Origin: Vicugna vicugna
Taxonomy: Eukaryota
Reading direction: 5' to 3'
NCBI GenBank assembly: GCA_013265495.1
Contig: MU062958.1
Location: 1,860,402-1,924,401, forward strand
Length of the DNA stretch: 64,000 bases
Of this stretch, positions 1 to 13,258 are shown piece by piece. The notes beneath the pieces are model-generated. The model had not been told where the DNA came from, made no database searches, and worked only from the letters and a program-made list of their open reading frames with translations. A program made the position numbers and the translations under genes. Every line of letters starts with the position of its first letter. Position 1 is the first letter of the stretch.

Positions 1-924
1 ACGTCCAGTGGTTTCTCATCCCTCCCCCGCACCCTGAGCGTGAACCATTCTGGCCCCTTTTCCTGTTTATTCTGCCCTCTCCTCTCTCTTCCCCAATGAC
101 CCTGGTGGCTCCTCCACGTTCCAAGAGCACTCCTCTTCCTTCTGCCCACAATGCTTTTCCCCACGTGGCCGCATAACCTCTTCCTTTCTCTCCTCTGGGT
201 CTTTGCTCAAGTGGAATCTTCCAGTGAAGGCTTCCCTGTTTACTCTCCGCGAAATCTACCTCCTCCTCAACACCTCCAAATGCCCTTTCACTGCTTTCTT
301 TTTCTTCCTAGCACTCATTACCATTTAAGGTGGGCTCCATTTTTTTTCTTCTGTATGGTCCCCCTGCCCGCGTGGGCAGGGATTTTGAAAATTTGTGTCC
401 CATGGTGCATTCCCACGACCTGAAATCGAGGCAGGTGTGTAACAGGCACGTGATAAAAATTTGTCAAATAAATGTATGTGCAAACCCCTTCCAAACTTCT
501 CGTCCAGTAGAGGAAGTGGTGAGTGAGGTGTCTGTGTTTTCTGGGTACAGACAGTAGAGAGGTTTTGGAAGAACACATGGGGAGCCTTGGAGGCTCTTCC
601 TCTAGGACTTTAGTACCAGCTCTCCAGATGGCCTCCTCAAGTCAAGTCTTTCCTGCAAGGTCCACCCACCAGCCTGGAACAGAATACGGAAGACCACTAG
701 ATGGCACTGTTCACCACGAATTGTTGGATTCCTGGCCCTCATTCTGCTAAGACCTTTGAAATCACCTTCTTCCCAGAGAATTCCGACGAAAGGTTACCAC
801 TCCCAAGCTCTCCCTCTAGACCACGAAGAAACCCAGAGGCCTACAGCACCACATATCAACGAGCCACCCCTACCCATGGGCTCAGGTTAACCCTTGGCTT
901 GGGAGCAAAAGATGTTTTCAGATA

Positions 925-1407
925 CGGTCGACCCTGGGTACCCACAGGGATTGGTTCCCAGATCCCTGCCCTGTATCAGAATAAAAAACGGCATACAAAA
1001 GATGGCATAGTATTTGCACATAGCCTATGCACATCCCCCCACAGGCCTTTTAAAATTTTTTTATTTTTTTTAATTTTTAATTTTGGGGGGAGGTAATTTC
1101 GGTATTTATTTATGTGTAACAGAGGTACCGGGGATTGAATCCAAGCCCTCATGAGTGCTAAGCACATATTCTACTCCTGAGCTGTACCTTCCCTCTCCCA
1201 TATACTTTAAATCATCTCTGCATTACTTACAATACCTAATACAATGTAAATGCTTTGTAAATAGTTACCTGAATGGTAAACTCAAATTTTACTTTTTGGA
1301 ACTAACTGGAATTTATTTATTTATTTTTTTGAATTTGGGGGGATGTTTTCAGTCAAAGTTTGGTTGAATTCGTGGGTGAGGAATCCACTGATACAGAGGG
1401 CCAGCTG
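925..1407 (+). mobile_element. MER2-like Tigger MITE, interrupted by a SINE
   Basis: Flanked by TA at 923-924 and 1408-1409; ends cggtcgaccct...gagggccagctg; internal match to the recalled MER2 consensus (atactttaaatcatctct..ttacttacaatacctaatacaatgtaaatgc). Confidence 0.8.
1047..1199 (-). mobile_element. tRNA-derived camelid-type (Vic-like) SINE
   Basis: Reverse complement reads gggagagggaaggtacagctcaggagtagaat...ggattcaatcccggtacc (degenerate A/B boxes), then aataaat..aattacctcccc and an A-rich tail. Confidence 0.8.
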
Positions 1408-4400
1408 TACTTCTAGCAGCACCCTGGAAGACTTAAGCAAAGCTTTGGACCTCTTTGAAAAGCTGCAGGCCTCCATGCCTCCCGTTTGCACTTGGCCTGT
1501 GGCCTTCTTGGCGCAGTCCTGTCTTCCTCTCTCTACCCTGCCTGTCTGTCCCTTTACAGGACGGCGTACAGGGTAAGATGCTAACTCTTTCTCGCCTTGA
1601 GCCACGGCAGCGTGAGACACAGCATGGAACAGCAGCCTGAGAATCTGCTGGAGGGAGCTCAGAGCAAACAGCATCTCCAGCACACACTGCCTTGAGATCG
1701 CGAGATCTTTATAAATGCACCCAACACATCCCAAGTTTGCTTCACACAGCTACGTGATGGGGATAAAATCCTTGGGTTGGGACAGATACAGTGAGCACTA
1801 AATGAGACGATATAAGAGGCTTCAAGACAAACTTTATAGAAAGCTTTGTTTTCCATTTCCAGATACCACCTATATCTACACTCTAATACCTAAGTTGGGG
1901 TGATCAGCTGACCTGATGACCCCATGTCTGTAATCTCAGCTGTTCTTAAGATGTCCAAGTGAACAGAAACTCCATGAATCGAACCTTCCTATATTGTCTT
2001 AAATAACAGACCAGGAGCCCAAGGTATGTCTGCAAATGCATACATAGAAAGCTACCATCTTTGTGAATGTCAGTCTGTCAGCAAGCATTTGTTGATGGAG
2101 AACATGTGATCTGCCTTGGTGGTTTAGGATGATTATTCTGGAAGCAAAAATAAGACAGATCGGGGAGAGGGGGTGAAGACAAAGACACCAGCTCATTCTT
2201 CAGTGAAACATCATTGTTTCTTATCCTGGAGAGGAAATACATAAGTCAAGGAATATTAGAATGGTTCTTAGTTTTTGCTCCCTGCCCTCCTTTTTTTTTT
2301 TTTTTTTAATCAATGAAACCAGAAATAAAGGTTCCATTTTGGGGAACAAAGGCACATTCTAGGGGCTGTTCATTCACTGCAGCCATGCTCTCCCACACAG
2401 ACGGTGCATATGATTAGTTTAAACAAAAAAAGTCCAGTTGTGCCTTCTGGGGACTTCCTGATTGCCGATCCCACGGGACAGTCTCCTTTCCCAGAAATCA
2501 CCCTACAGCCCAACCCCTCCTCCCCTACCTAGAACCGTGGGGCTGACTTCCTGAGCTTCCTTCACTTTGTGGCCCACCACCTGCCCCCCTCGCCCACCAC
2601 CCCGAGGCTTTCGTATTCTGTGTTGCCCCTTGTCTTTTACCCTTTTCTCAAAGTACTGCCACACACACTTATCCATTATGGTTCTACTTTTTTCTCAGCC
2701 CGCATTCAGAGTGTTGAAACACATCAGAAAAGAAAAAGGAGATTGTTTCCTGTGACTTGATTTTATAAAAATAGAATGGATTTTATAAAAAGCAGCAGCA
2801 GGCAGCCGTGGTATTTGCTCACCTAGTAGTTACTCTAATTATAGACCTTTGGGTGTTACGGGCAACCATATTGGGTGACAGAGGGGTTGCCTCAGACAGG
2901 ATGTCTCATTTCCAACTTCCCCTGTAAATGCCTCGTGCACGCCCTGATCAGCATCTCAAAATTACAACCTGATTGTTGACACAAAGAAGAAGTCTTCCCG
3001 TTAGCTGAACTGTGGCCTACAATTTTGTATTACCAAGGATGCTTGATTCCTAGACCCTGGCTCAATTCTCCCAAGATTTTGCTGACTTATGTTTCCCTAA
3101 AAATGAGAGGTGTTGTATCTGGGAAAAGATGGACACTCGGGAATTCCAACTGGGAAAAGGAGAAAAAGTCAAAAATCTTGTTACCGTTTCCATAAACTGT
3201 TGTATTCTCTCCCTCCCTTCACCCAATATCCCCCACATTGCTTCTGTCATTTAGCCTTGAAATCGCTGTGCTAAGAATGTGGAAGGTTATGATGCCACAA
3301 GCCCAATATTCAAATCAGGAGTTTCCACTCCCGCAGAACCCAAAACGAGAACTAGGACTTAGAAAAAGAAAAACCAGCCTGACATCAAATGAATTCAGCA
3401 CCTCTGAATATATTTAAAACCTTTTCCTTGGCTTTTTATATAAATGGAGTTCTGGGATTTTTTTTTTTTTTTGAGGGTGGAACTTCTCGAAGTGGCTGCT
3501 TCTGCCTCTAAGAAAGGCACAATGGGGCCACAAACTGGCCCTCCACAAACCACATCCAGCCAGCTGGTGTGTTTAGTTTGGCTCATCTGCTGTTTTTTTT
3601 TTAAAAGGTAAGAATTAGTTGTCAACATTGACAATTTTTACATAAAAATATAAGTTTATGTAAAAATTAACATTTATATAAATATAAACGTACATAAAAT
3701 ACAGACTTCTGTAGTGTCTTGGGGAAAATAAAACCAGATGAGGCAGCCCTGGGATGTTACTTCCACATGGGTCGTTAATGGATCAAGAAACATTAGCCCA
3801 GGAGCATACACACAAGGGACATCATTCACAGGAAAAACCAGGGCTGGGAAGGTGATCTGTTTTCTCCCATATCTGCATCTCTAAGCCTGGACCTTAACTC
3901 CAGTGAGCCTTCAGCTCCACTACCACAACATATCTGAAACTACATGAGTCTTCCTGCCAAACATCTGGTTTCTGAAAGCAGCCGGATGGGCCTCTTAACC
4001 ATGGAATCAGCTTTAAGTATTCCCTCTTCCCCCCTGCCAATCACCCCTTTCCCCACCAGCCACCCCTTTCCCCACCAGTCACCATGCCCTGCGGTTTATG
4101 CTCTCAAAATGTCACTGGGCGACAAGAAAGCTACCAACCACATGAGCGCCTGAAGTGTGGGTAGTGTGACTGGAGATACACTGTAAGTGAAAAAGACACA
4201 CTGGATTTTAAATACCTACACTAAAAGATAATGCTAATCTAAACTGGCTGATTAATGATTTTACATGATTATTATTATTAAAATGACACTTTTGACATAT
4301 TGGGTTAAATATAGTGTTAAAATTAACTTGCCCATTTCTTTTTACCCTTTTTTAACATGGGGTCTAGAAAATTTTAAATTATATATACCTTGAACATTTT

Positions 4401-5609
4401 AAATTATATATGGGTTCATATCTGTGTCTCACATTATCTTTCTATCAGACAGCCCTGCTTCTAAGTATCTCTTGGTGTGTCCATGATGAGGTGCTAATTT
4501 GCACTACAATGGCAGTCATATTACAATATATAAATGTATGAAATCAGCATGTTGTGAACCTTAAATTTACACAATGTTATATGTCAAATACATTTCAAGA
4601 AAAAAATATCTCGGGTTTTTCCTAACCTTTCTGGCCTTACTGCCATCCAATAGACTAGTTTCTCACATCCCTTCACTCTGAAAATTTCACATTAGTCTAG
4701 GCTTTTCCCCCTTCTAATCTGTTCTGCACACCCTGGCCGAGTTTATCTGCCTAAAACACTGTTTTTATCATGAAACACTCCTGCTCAAAACCTAACACCA
4801 GCTCCCAACTCTACCCCATAAAGTCCAAATTCTTGGTAATAACAGCTTCCACTTTAAAAAACCTATTGTGCACACTGTGTAATTCTAGCACCTAGCATGT
4901 GAGGCTCTTGGTTTTCTAAATAGAACAAAAAGGACTGCAGCATTTGCCTGAGCTGGGAGAGGGGAGGAAAAGCACCTTTGATCTGAGCTGTTACAAGGAT
5001 GATGCAGTTAAGGCATCCAAACAGCAATTCTTTTCACATAAGATGATTTATACAACACCTCACAATCAACTAAAGAGCAATCAACATCTGCATATCTATG
5101 AGTTGAGCTATTTTTTACATCAGTTGAAAGAAAGAATAGTAGCATTGAAAGAAGAAACTGTTATATTTGCATTTCAGAAAACCAAAACCAGAAATCAACT
5201 GGAAAAGCTTAAGTGAAATATTGATCTCCACTCACCTGCTGCAGGCTCAAGTTTCCAAAAAAATATAGCTTTGTCACAAAATAGAAAATCTGAATTATGT
5301 GAATTATTCCAGTTTAACAATAATAAAAATATCATCTCAAAATGTGAAAAAGCAAGAATTAAAAATTCGTCATATAAATCCCAAACTAGCAGAGTTAGTG
5401 ATTCATAAACTGGGTTGTTCTTTCTACATGGCAACATGTACTTAGCTTGGAAAGAGAGACCCTTTGTCAGGATTCGTCTAGAATTATGTGAGTTTTTAAC
5501 TGTCCTTGGTCTTCAAGATGTCATCTCTTTCATAAAATACACCATCCTATACACATTTTCTTTCATTTTTTTCAGCTACAGATCAGATAGGCTTTGCTAA
5601 ATACTGTGG

Positions 5610-5825
5610 AGCAGTGTCCTTTGGTGCACAGGTCTTGAAATCAGACAAATCTACATTTTACCACTTACCCTGTTACTTCAGACAGAATTGTTCAGCAGTT
5701 CTGTGTTTCAGTTGCAGCTTTAAATTGGGCATAATTATACTTTCTTCACAAACTTTTACAAGAATTCAACGAGATAATATACATAGTGAATACAGTGCTT
5801 GACATATAGTGAGAGTTCTCAATGG
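5610..5825. mobile_element. MIR SINE relic; others at about 17880-18000, 31330-31440, 50770-50960 and 58200-58430
   Basis: Degenerate MIR core (ctctgtgtttcagtt..taaattgggcataattatac..agtgcttgacatatagt); manual recognition only. Confidence 0.6.
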
Positions 5826-5989
5826 CAGGGCAATGGATAAGACAACTTCCTATCTATCTGGTCTTAGCATCCTCACAGTAGAAAGTTCAAAAGCAGCCTG
5901 ACGACTCTACAAGAGGGTGGGGCTTTAGCGTCTAACGCTCTCTACTGAACTCTGTAAGTGTTAAAAAGGACAGGAGGTTGGGTGGAGTC

Positions 5990-6790
5990 AGAACCAGCGC
6001 GTCTGCCTGTCTCCTTTGCCGCGTCGGCGACGCAGATGCGGGATTGCAGCCAGCAAGCCCTGCCCCAGCTGCACTCGTTCTTCCTTTCTCCCGCTCCGCC
6101 CCGCAGCTCTGGCAATGAAAACACCACCACGTGGCCTGTAGCCTGTGCGTCACGCGCCTTCACCCAATGGAAAGCCGTCTCACCGTGCTGGGGGTGGGTC
6201 GCCAGCCGGGCGGTTCCGCCCACAGCCGTTGCCAATTGGCCAAGGGTGCTCCGAGGCATGGACTACGGACCAATGGAAGCCGGCGGCGGGGACCCCGCCC
6301 TCTCGGTTACTTTGTACCCCCGCGCAGGAGGGGCGGGGTCGGGGGGGGCGGGGCGACCGCGGAGCCGGCGCCAGCGGGCTGCTGAGGTGGCTGTCGCCCG
6401 CTCGGAGCTGCGGCTTCCCCGGGTCGAGCCCCCGATGGAGGCCGTGGCCGCGGACAGCCCCCCAGGCAGGGTCGAGGGGGCGCTCAGCTGTTTCTCTTTC
6501 AACCAGGACTGCACGTAAGCCGAGGCTCCAGCCGTGCCGGGGGGTCGGGGGGTGAAGTCGCGATATGGGGTGTTGTCCAGTCGGCAACTTGTAGCAAGAG
6601 GCGCGGGCCTGCGCGCCAAGAGGTCCTCGACGGGACGGCCAGTGCTGCCCCAGACTGGTGCGGGTCCTGGTAGCCACCCTCTGCTCTTTCCCCTTCCTCC
6701 AGCAGAGGGGTTGAGCGCCCCCATCCCCCGCTGCAGGCCGAGAGCCGGCAGGGGCCCGCGGACGGCGAAGGGAGGGTATCAGCCAGGGGA
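5990..6790 (+). promoter_or_regulatory. WIPI1 CpG-island promoter
   Basis: Dense CpG; E-box CACGTG 6128-6133; CGTCA 6148-6152; CCAAT boxes at 6164, 6232 (palindrome GCCAATTGGC) and 6270; GGGGCGGGG GC boxes at about 6330-6355; no TATA box seen; island boundaries approximate. Confidence 0.88.
6435..6514 (+). CDS. WIPI1: WIPI1 coding exon 1 (MEAVAADSPPGRVEGALSCFSFNQDC-T)
   Basis: ATG at 6435 inside a CpG island; translation matches the recalled WIPI1 N-terminus (..SCFSFNQDCT); donor AC|GTAAGC at 6515; 80 nt, phase 2. Confidence 0.97.
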
Positions 6791-9700
6791 GCGGGGCTGA
6801 AGAAGCCTTAGGAATATGGGGGAGAGGGGGGAGAGTAGTGACCGAAGTGGGGGTCTGGGGAGGGAGGAGCTGTGGCCAAAACAAAGGAGATGAGAGGGAG
6901 GGGGAAGTTGCAAGTTGACCCAAGGCGAGGTAGTTGGGGCCCAGGAAGATGGGAGTACCGGAAAAACTTTACCATTTGTCCTTGAGCATCTCAACGTGGC
7001 ATCTGGGCAGGGCCAATGACAAAGAGGCAGCCTATCCCTACGGCCAGGCCAGCCCAGTCCCAGCCCAAGAGCAGGGCACTTCGCCTGCCAGCTCTGCCTG
7101 TCAGAAACCTTTGCATTGCTCTCCCTGTTTTCACATAGCCCACTCAGAGAGGCAGAACCTCCTTCTCCGAGTTCAGGAGCCCTTTCCCAGGCCCAGGCTG
7201 CCTTCTCCAAGAAGAGTGCACTCCACCCCCTTGCTTTTTGAGTGGATTTTTAATGTTTCACCGTGATGTTCACATTCGGACTTTGGCCAGAGAGACAGGA
7301 GCTGCTGCACTGTTTCAGACATCTAGAAAATTCAGTCCCTTAGAAGCAAACGTCTGTTTTCTTACCTCTTCTCATGGAATTGTTAGATGCCAGCTCAGGG
7401 ACCATATGGAATCATCTCTTTGGAATGTGTGCCCAGAGCATCAGGCAGCAGTGACCGCTTCCCAGTTTCCTGATATACCAGTTTCTGTTGTGTTCCTTCT
7501 TTGAAGTCGGCTTCAGATTTGTGTGTTGGCTGCCTACGACTGGGCTGTGCTAATATTGAACTTTAGTGGTGTCATTAAGGCCATCGTGTACCATAACCAA
7601 CTCTCTGCCTTCCATTCCCTTTGTGTTTCTGTTTGAAAACACTGAATGCCAAACAATATGCCTTTGTTAGGAAAATCTGTATGTGTGATCGTGTAATTGG
7701 GTAGCTGGACAACTTGGTTAGATGAGTGACTTTCAAGCTTTTCTTGACCGCAGCCCACAATAAGAAATACATATTTACAACATTACCCTATATATTTATA
7801 TATATGAAATATTATATATGTGTGTATATATATAATATCACTGAAAAGCAATTCACAGCATGGTGTTTACCCTTAATATGTGCAATACCCTCTGGTATTT
7901 TGTTTCTTTTTTTTTTTAAGCCATCTGTGACTCAGTGAATTGTTTTTAGGATCCACTCATGGGTTGAGACCCACAGTTTACAAAAATGATAGTCTAGATA
8001 AAATTCTGATGTTTTGTAAGAAACATTTTGCAAGAGAGGATGGCTTTTGAAACGCTTGGGTGTTTTCCTTCCCAATTGAATGCAGATTAAGGAAGGGAGC
8101 TAGTTTGCTTATTTGTAGTAAATGTGAAATTTTGCCTTGTAGCACTGTTTATTAGATTTTTTAAAAGGGATGTTAATTTTTACTCTAGGTGAATCCCGGC
8201 TTTCTATAGCCATTGGATAAGAATGTTATTTTCAAAACTGTAGGGTGCTTGGGAATTAATTTCCTTAGTCCCTACTGTCAGTTCTGTTTTCTTGGATGCA
8301 GGCTGTGCTGGACAGCTCTGTCTCACCTATAAATAAAAGTTTTTGTCACAGTCAGTTGCTCTGAGCCTCAGAGGGTATGACACTGGATTTTAAAATAAGT
8401 CACGCCCCTTACTGAATACATTTAGGAGTGTCAAGGTGTCTTTTTCTGTAAGACTAGACTCAATTTGGGACCCAGTGTTTCTGGAGAAGGTGGATGAAGA
8501 CAACTAACCTTTACCAGTCTCCTCTATTCATACTTCTTGCTAGGTCCTATGCTAGACAATTTAGGTTTATTTTGTCATTTGACTCATGATATGTATTTGT
8601 CCCAAACCCCATATTCATGAGAGGTGATGAGAATTTTTTTTTCCTTATGGTTGAAATAAGGCTTTAGTCTGAATTCCCTGATTCAGAGTTTTTGTGGCCA
8701 TTGATCAACCATTTAAAACACAATATTGCTCCCACTGCCATTTCTCATATTTAACATTCTTCTGTTCCCAGAGCAGGGAATGTTTAAAAGGCCACATTTT
8801 TTGGTTAAGTATAAAACTCTAGTTCCAACGTATTTTTCCTTTACTGCAAGCTTTAGAAACCTCAGTTTGCAACTCAACGCACATATATTTATGTGAAACA
8901 AGTTTACACGAAGAAAGTTTAAAAACAGTGATCGTTATAGAGTATGTATATTTTGAAGTTTGAAGATGCTGCGGGCCTGTCTTTCCAGTTGCTGTTTGCC
9001 GTCATTAATGCTGTAGTTCTGGAAGCCGAGCCCCAGTTCTGTGTGTCCTGCTGCTCTTCTGCAAAGATCCAACACACCAGGGTAGCCACACAGCAGGTCG
9101 GAGGGCTCAGGAGCAGAAGCAGCCACCTTGCTGATTAAAAGTCGACAGTAGTCACCTCTCCCAGTGTCCCAGGGAAGAGCCAATGTTTGGGTGGGGGAAA
9201 AAAAAATTCCAGGGAAAATCATGTGACCTTCTCTTTTTTAGGCTAGTGAAACAAGAGCCTTGGCCACCTAGGCTTGTAGCTGTAAGCTGCTTATTTTAGT
9301 ACATGCCTTCCTGGGAAGAACGAAGCTCACCTTTTCATATATTTTAAATGAGGAAATAGGACCAATTTTTAGGTCCACTTACGACCATTTTAGGGTCCGT
9401 TGCAGCTCAGACATCCCATTTCTCAGGGTAGAAATGCTCAGAGTCTGACTCATTCTGAGGGCGCCCCGTGGAAGGTTTTGTGTATCACGCGGGTGTGGAG
9501 GGCAAAGGGGGAGTGAGCGGGATGACAGTTCCCAGCTGCCGAACAAAACTGACACGTTTGCTTTCATCCTGGGGGCGGGGAGACCTGGGTTCTCACTCTG
9601 TCTTTATCTATTGGTTGAAAAGTGAAAAATTAAGAAAACAGGAATTTGTTTTAGCCCCCCCCCGCCCTTTGTCCCAGATAAGCGTTTAGTTTAGTTTTGT

Positions 9701-10402
9701 TTGGTTGGTTGGTTGCAATGAACCTTTAAGTTCTCAACGCTGGCTTCACATTAAAGGACTTGAACTAAGAAAAAAACAAATCCAATTAAATTGCTCAGCA
9801 CTGGGGGGAGGGAGCAGGGGTAAACAGTCATCAGGAATTTTTTTAAAACTTCCCAGGTGAGTTCCATGTACATCCAGGGATGAGAACCACTGGTATAAAG
9901 TATTTGGGATGCTTTTGTGGGAAAGTGATGCAAAAGAGCATCTGTTAAATTCTGCTACGGGTGACCTGTTGTGCCTCCTCCAATTATGTATCCCCTTTTT
10001 AAGCAAAAAAAAAAAAGAATAAAGAATTTATTTCTTGGTAGCACTGTGATGGATATTCTTAAACATTCCATTTTTCCCGTTTCTGCCCGGTGAGGAAAGC
10101 ACGGTGGGTTTGACGTTTCTTTTGACAATAGACAAAGCCCACGTGGTTTCAGGTCTCTTCACCACTTCACATCTTTGTGAGTGGTTGTCTTCGACTTTTT
10201 CTTTCTGGCCGTACCTGCCCACCTGACAAGGCACGTATGCGTCACCGTTTAGAAAGTTATCAAATATCCCAGCTCCTGAGGTGGTATGTTTGTTTATCTG
10301 TCCCCTGAGAGGCTAGAGGGAAGGGGGTTGTCAGTGTTCAGGCAGATCGACGGGTGGAACACAGTACCTCTTGCCACCCCCATGCTGTCATTGTCTTCAC
10401 AG

Positions 10403-10485
10403 ATCCCTCGCAATTGGAACCAAAGCTGGTTACAAGCTGTTTTCCTTGAGTTCTGTGGAGCAGCTGGACCAAGTCCATGGAAGCA
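10403..10485 (+). CDS. WIPI1: WIPI1 exon 2 (SLAIGTKAGYKLFSLSSVEQLDQVHGS)
   Basis: Acceptor tcttcacag|, donor A|GTAAGT; 83 nt; frame continuous with exon 1. Confidence 0.97.
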
Positions 10486-11838
10486 GTAAGTACATGTGTG
10501 TGTGTGGGGGAGGAATCTCAGGGTCCCCCGTCTGGACTTTAATCCGTGATGCTCCGGGACTTTGTTTCCCTCCCGTAACCCTCCAACGGACAGAGCCAGT
10601 ATTTTTCAGATTTAAATATAAATCATTGTCTCCACGTGCTTCCAAAACACCACAATGAGGCACTGGTAAGATTTGGCACTAGCTTAGGTAACATTTTCTT
10701 TTTACGTTAAGAAATCCTTTGTTTGAAACCATGTTGACACTTTTTCCTATACTTAGATGAGCTGTCTTCAGTTCTTAAAATTCTCTAACGAATAGGTCAT
10801 TTATGATTTTTTTTTCCACCATTTTATTGGCTCTGTAGAATACTGGAACATTCATTCAGTCATGAAGCATTTTCTTTGTTTTAATAAAGCAACACTATCC
10901 TAACTTATATAGTCTGTATCAGAGATATTGCAGTACTTCTAGAGAATATTTTTTTTTAAGTTCATCTTAGAAATGTGACTCTCTTACTGTCTCAGGTTAA
11001 GTAATAATTTAACCTTCATAATAGTGAAGAATACACAATCTTTGGATTTCCTGGAAAGAAAGTGGCAAGTAATATATGGGGCTCCTAATTGATTTGTAAG
11101 ATGTTATTTTTATTATAACATTTTTGTGAAGATTTTACTCTGTGTCCGTCCTGTGTTGTTCCCTATGGGACCAGAGCCCAAGAAAGGCAGGGCTAAGAAA
11201 AGAATGTTCTCGAAAAGACACCGAGGCCTCCACCAATGGGCAATCAAAAGGCTTGCTAATTTACCTTCTTCCTGAGTACAGAAGCAATTCTCTGGTCATA
11301 GCACAGGTGTCCAGGTTGTTTTCAACAGGAAAGGGATTCCAGAGAGAGTCAGGGAGCACAGAGAGATGGTTCCTGCTCCCCCATCCTGGCGGCACCTGTC
11401 CCTGTTAACAACAGGGACCCCAATTCCAAAGCAGAGGCTCCCAACAGAGTGGTCACTCCTTTACAAACCTTCTCATGGAGAAGGAATAGATTGAGATTGT
11501 CCAGACCTCCCAGGTATGTTTCACAGAGTGAACAGTGGCGCCCTGGGGCCCTGGGGGTGGGGTGATTCCACCACGCTGACAGCATCAGGAGAAGCTCTGG
11601 AAATCCTGGCTTTGTGTTCTGGTCACGAGCGTTTTCTTTAGATCATTGAAAGAGCTTTGAAACTTGGGAAACAGTCAAAGCTTCACTGCCGGGAAGCGAG
11701 GAGGGCAGAAATCATTGCAAACATGTGCTAACAGAGGACACCCAGTCAGCAGGACCCAGAGAAGGCCGGCTGACTGGCGTGAGGGAGCGCAGGGCAGGGA
11801 CTGATGTCTGTGCAACTTCGAGCTGCCTTCCCTCCCAG

Positions 11839-12008
11839 ATGAGATCCCGGACGTGTACATCGTGGAGCGCCTCTTCTCCAGCAGCCTGGTAGTGGTGGTG
11901 AGTCACACAAAGCCGCGCCAGATGAATGTCTACCACTTCAAGAAAGGCACGGAGATCTGTAATTACAGCTACTCCAGCAACATCTTGTCCATCAGGTTGA
12001 ACCGGCAG
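11839..12008 (+). CDS. WIPI1: WIPI1 exon 3 ([22 protein letters not shown]...ILSIRLNRQ)
   Basis: Acceptor ttccctcccag|, donor CAG|GTAAGT; 170 nt; contains the ATG18-family ERLFSSSLV motif. Confidence 0.98.
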
Positions 12009-12603
12009 GTAAGTGCAGGGAATCCATCTGGGTTGCAACTGAAGAGAAAGGTGAGCATCCTTTGTGATGAACGTCTCTACCACAAGCATCAGGTTCTAGA
12101 GGGGGTTTTAATACTCAAGCTGAGTGTTATGGGGACACCGTTAAGAGAGTTTCCTCCATGCAATGGTTTCAGTGGTGTGACCTTCCCTGGTCCTTTGCCT
12201 GGTGTGCTTTCTTGATGTTGGCCACCGGCTAGGCGGACCCTCTCCAGCTGGGTGCTGGCTGGGGGGACTCTGGCTCTGAAACTGTCTGGTGAACTCCTGC
12301 AGGGGCACCTTTGAACGCCTCTCTGGTTTGGGCCCTACACAGTGGCATTCATTGCAGGCTGGCCATAATGCCTCTCAGAATAAAGTCCTAAAGAGCAAGT
12401 GTGGTCCTCCTGGGTTGGTCCTGAAGCCAGTCAGTAAGACCACCCCTGCTCGTGCTGTTACTAAGGCCTTCCCAGAGGGCCATGTGTTCAGTCTCATGCT
12501 TCTAATCCTTAAAGATGTTTCTTGCAGTGTTTTCTTTGTTGGAGGAAGGATTATTCTTATCTGAAATATGCAATATATATTCTTTCTAAAAAATAAGTTC
12601 TCA

Positions 12604-13258
12604 GATTCCTTAAAAAACTAAAAATAGAGTTACCATATGATCCAGCAATCCCATTCCTAGGCATATACCTGGAGAAAACTCTAATTTGAAAAGATACANN
12701 NNNNNNNNNNNNNNNNNNNNNNNNNNNNNNNNNNNNNNNNNNNNNNNNNNNNNNNNNNNNNNNNNNNNNNNNNNNNNNNNNNNNNNNNNNNNNNNNNNNN
12801 NNNNNNNNNNNNNNNNNNNNNNNNNNNNNNNNNNNNNNNNNNNNNNNNNNNNNNNNNNNNNNNNNNNNNNNNNNNNNNNNNNNNCTAAGTGAAGTCAGTC
12901 CAGTAAGACAAATATCATATGATATCACTTATATGTGAAATCTAAAAAAATGATACACATGAACTTACTTATAAAACAGAAAGAGACTCACAGACAGAAA
13001 ACAAACATATAGTTACCAAAGGGGCGAGGTCGGAGGGGAGGGATAAACTAGGAGTTTGGGATTAGCAGATACACACTACTGCATATAAAACAGATAAACA
13101 GTAAGGTCCTACTGTATAGCACAGGGGACTACAGTCAATATCTTGTAATAATTTACAATGAAAAAGAATATATATATGTGTAACTGAATCTCTCTGCTAT
13201 ACACCAGAAACTAATACAATGCTTTAAATCAACTGTACTTCAATAAAAATTAATTAAT
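12604..13258 (+). mobile_element. 5'-truncated L1 (artiodactyl/camelid-type 3' end)
   Basis: ORF2 tail (ccatatgatccagcaatcccattcctagg), 3' UTR, AATAAA; 10-bp TSD taagttctca at 12594-12603 and 13259-13268; N gap 12699-12884. Confidence 0.9.

Noticed and set aside
6128-6290. ER-stress element (CCAAT-N9-CCACG) in the WIPI1 promoter
   Set aside because: I checked all CCAAT boxes on both strands and the spacing and second half-site do not match.
6180-6923. 247-aa and 153-aa antisense ORFs over WIPI1 exon 1
   Set aside because: By-product of stop-codon scarcity in a CpG island; low-complexity translation.
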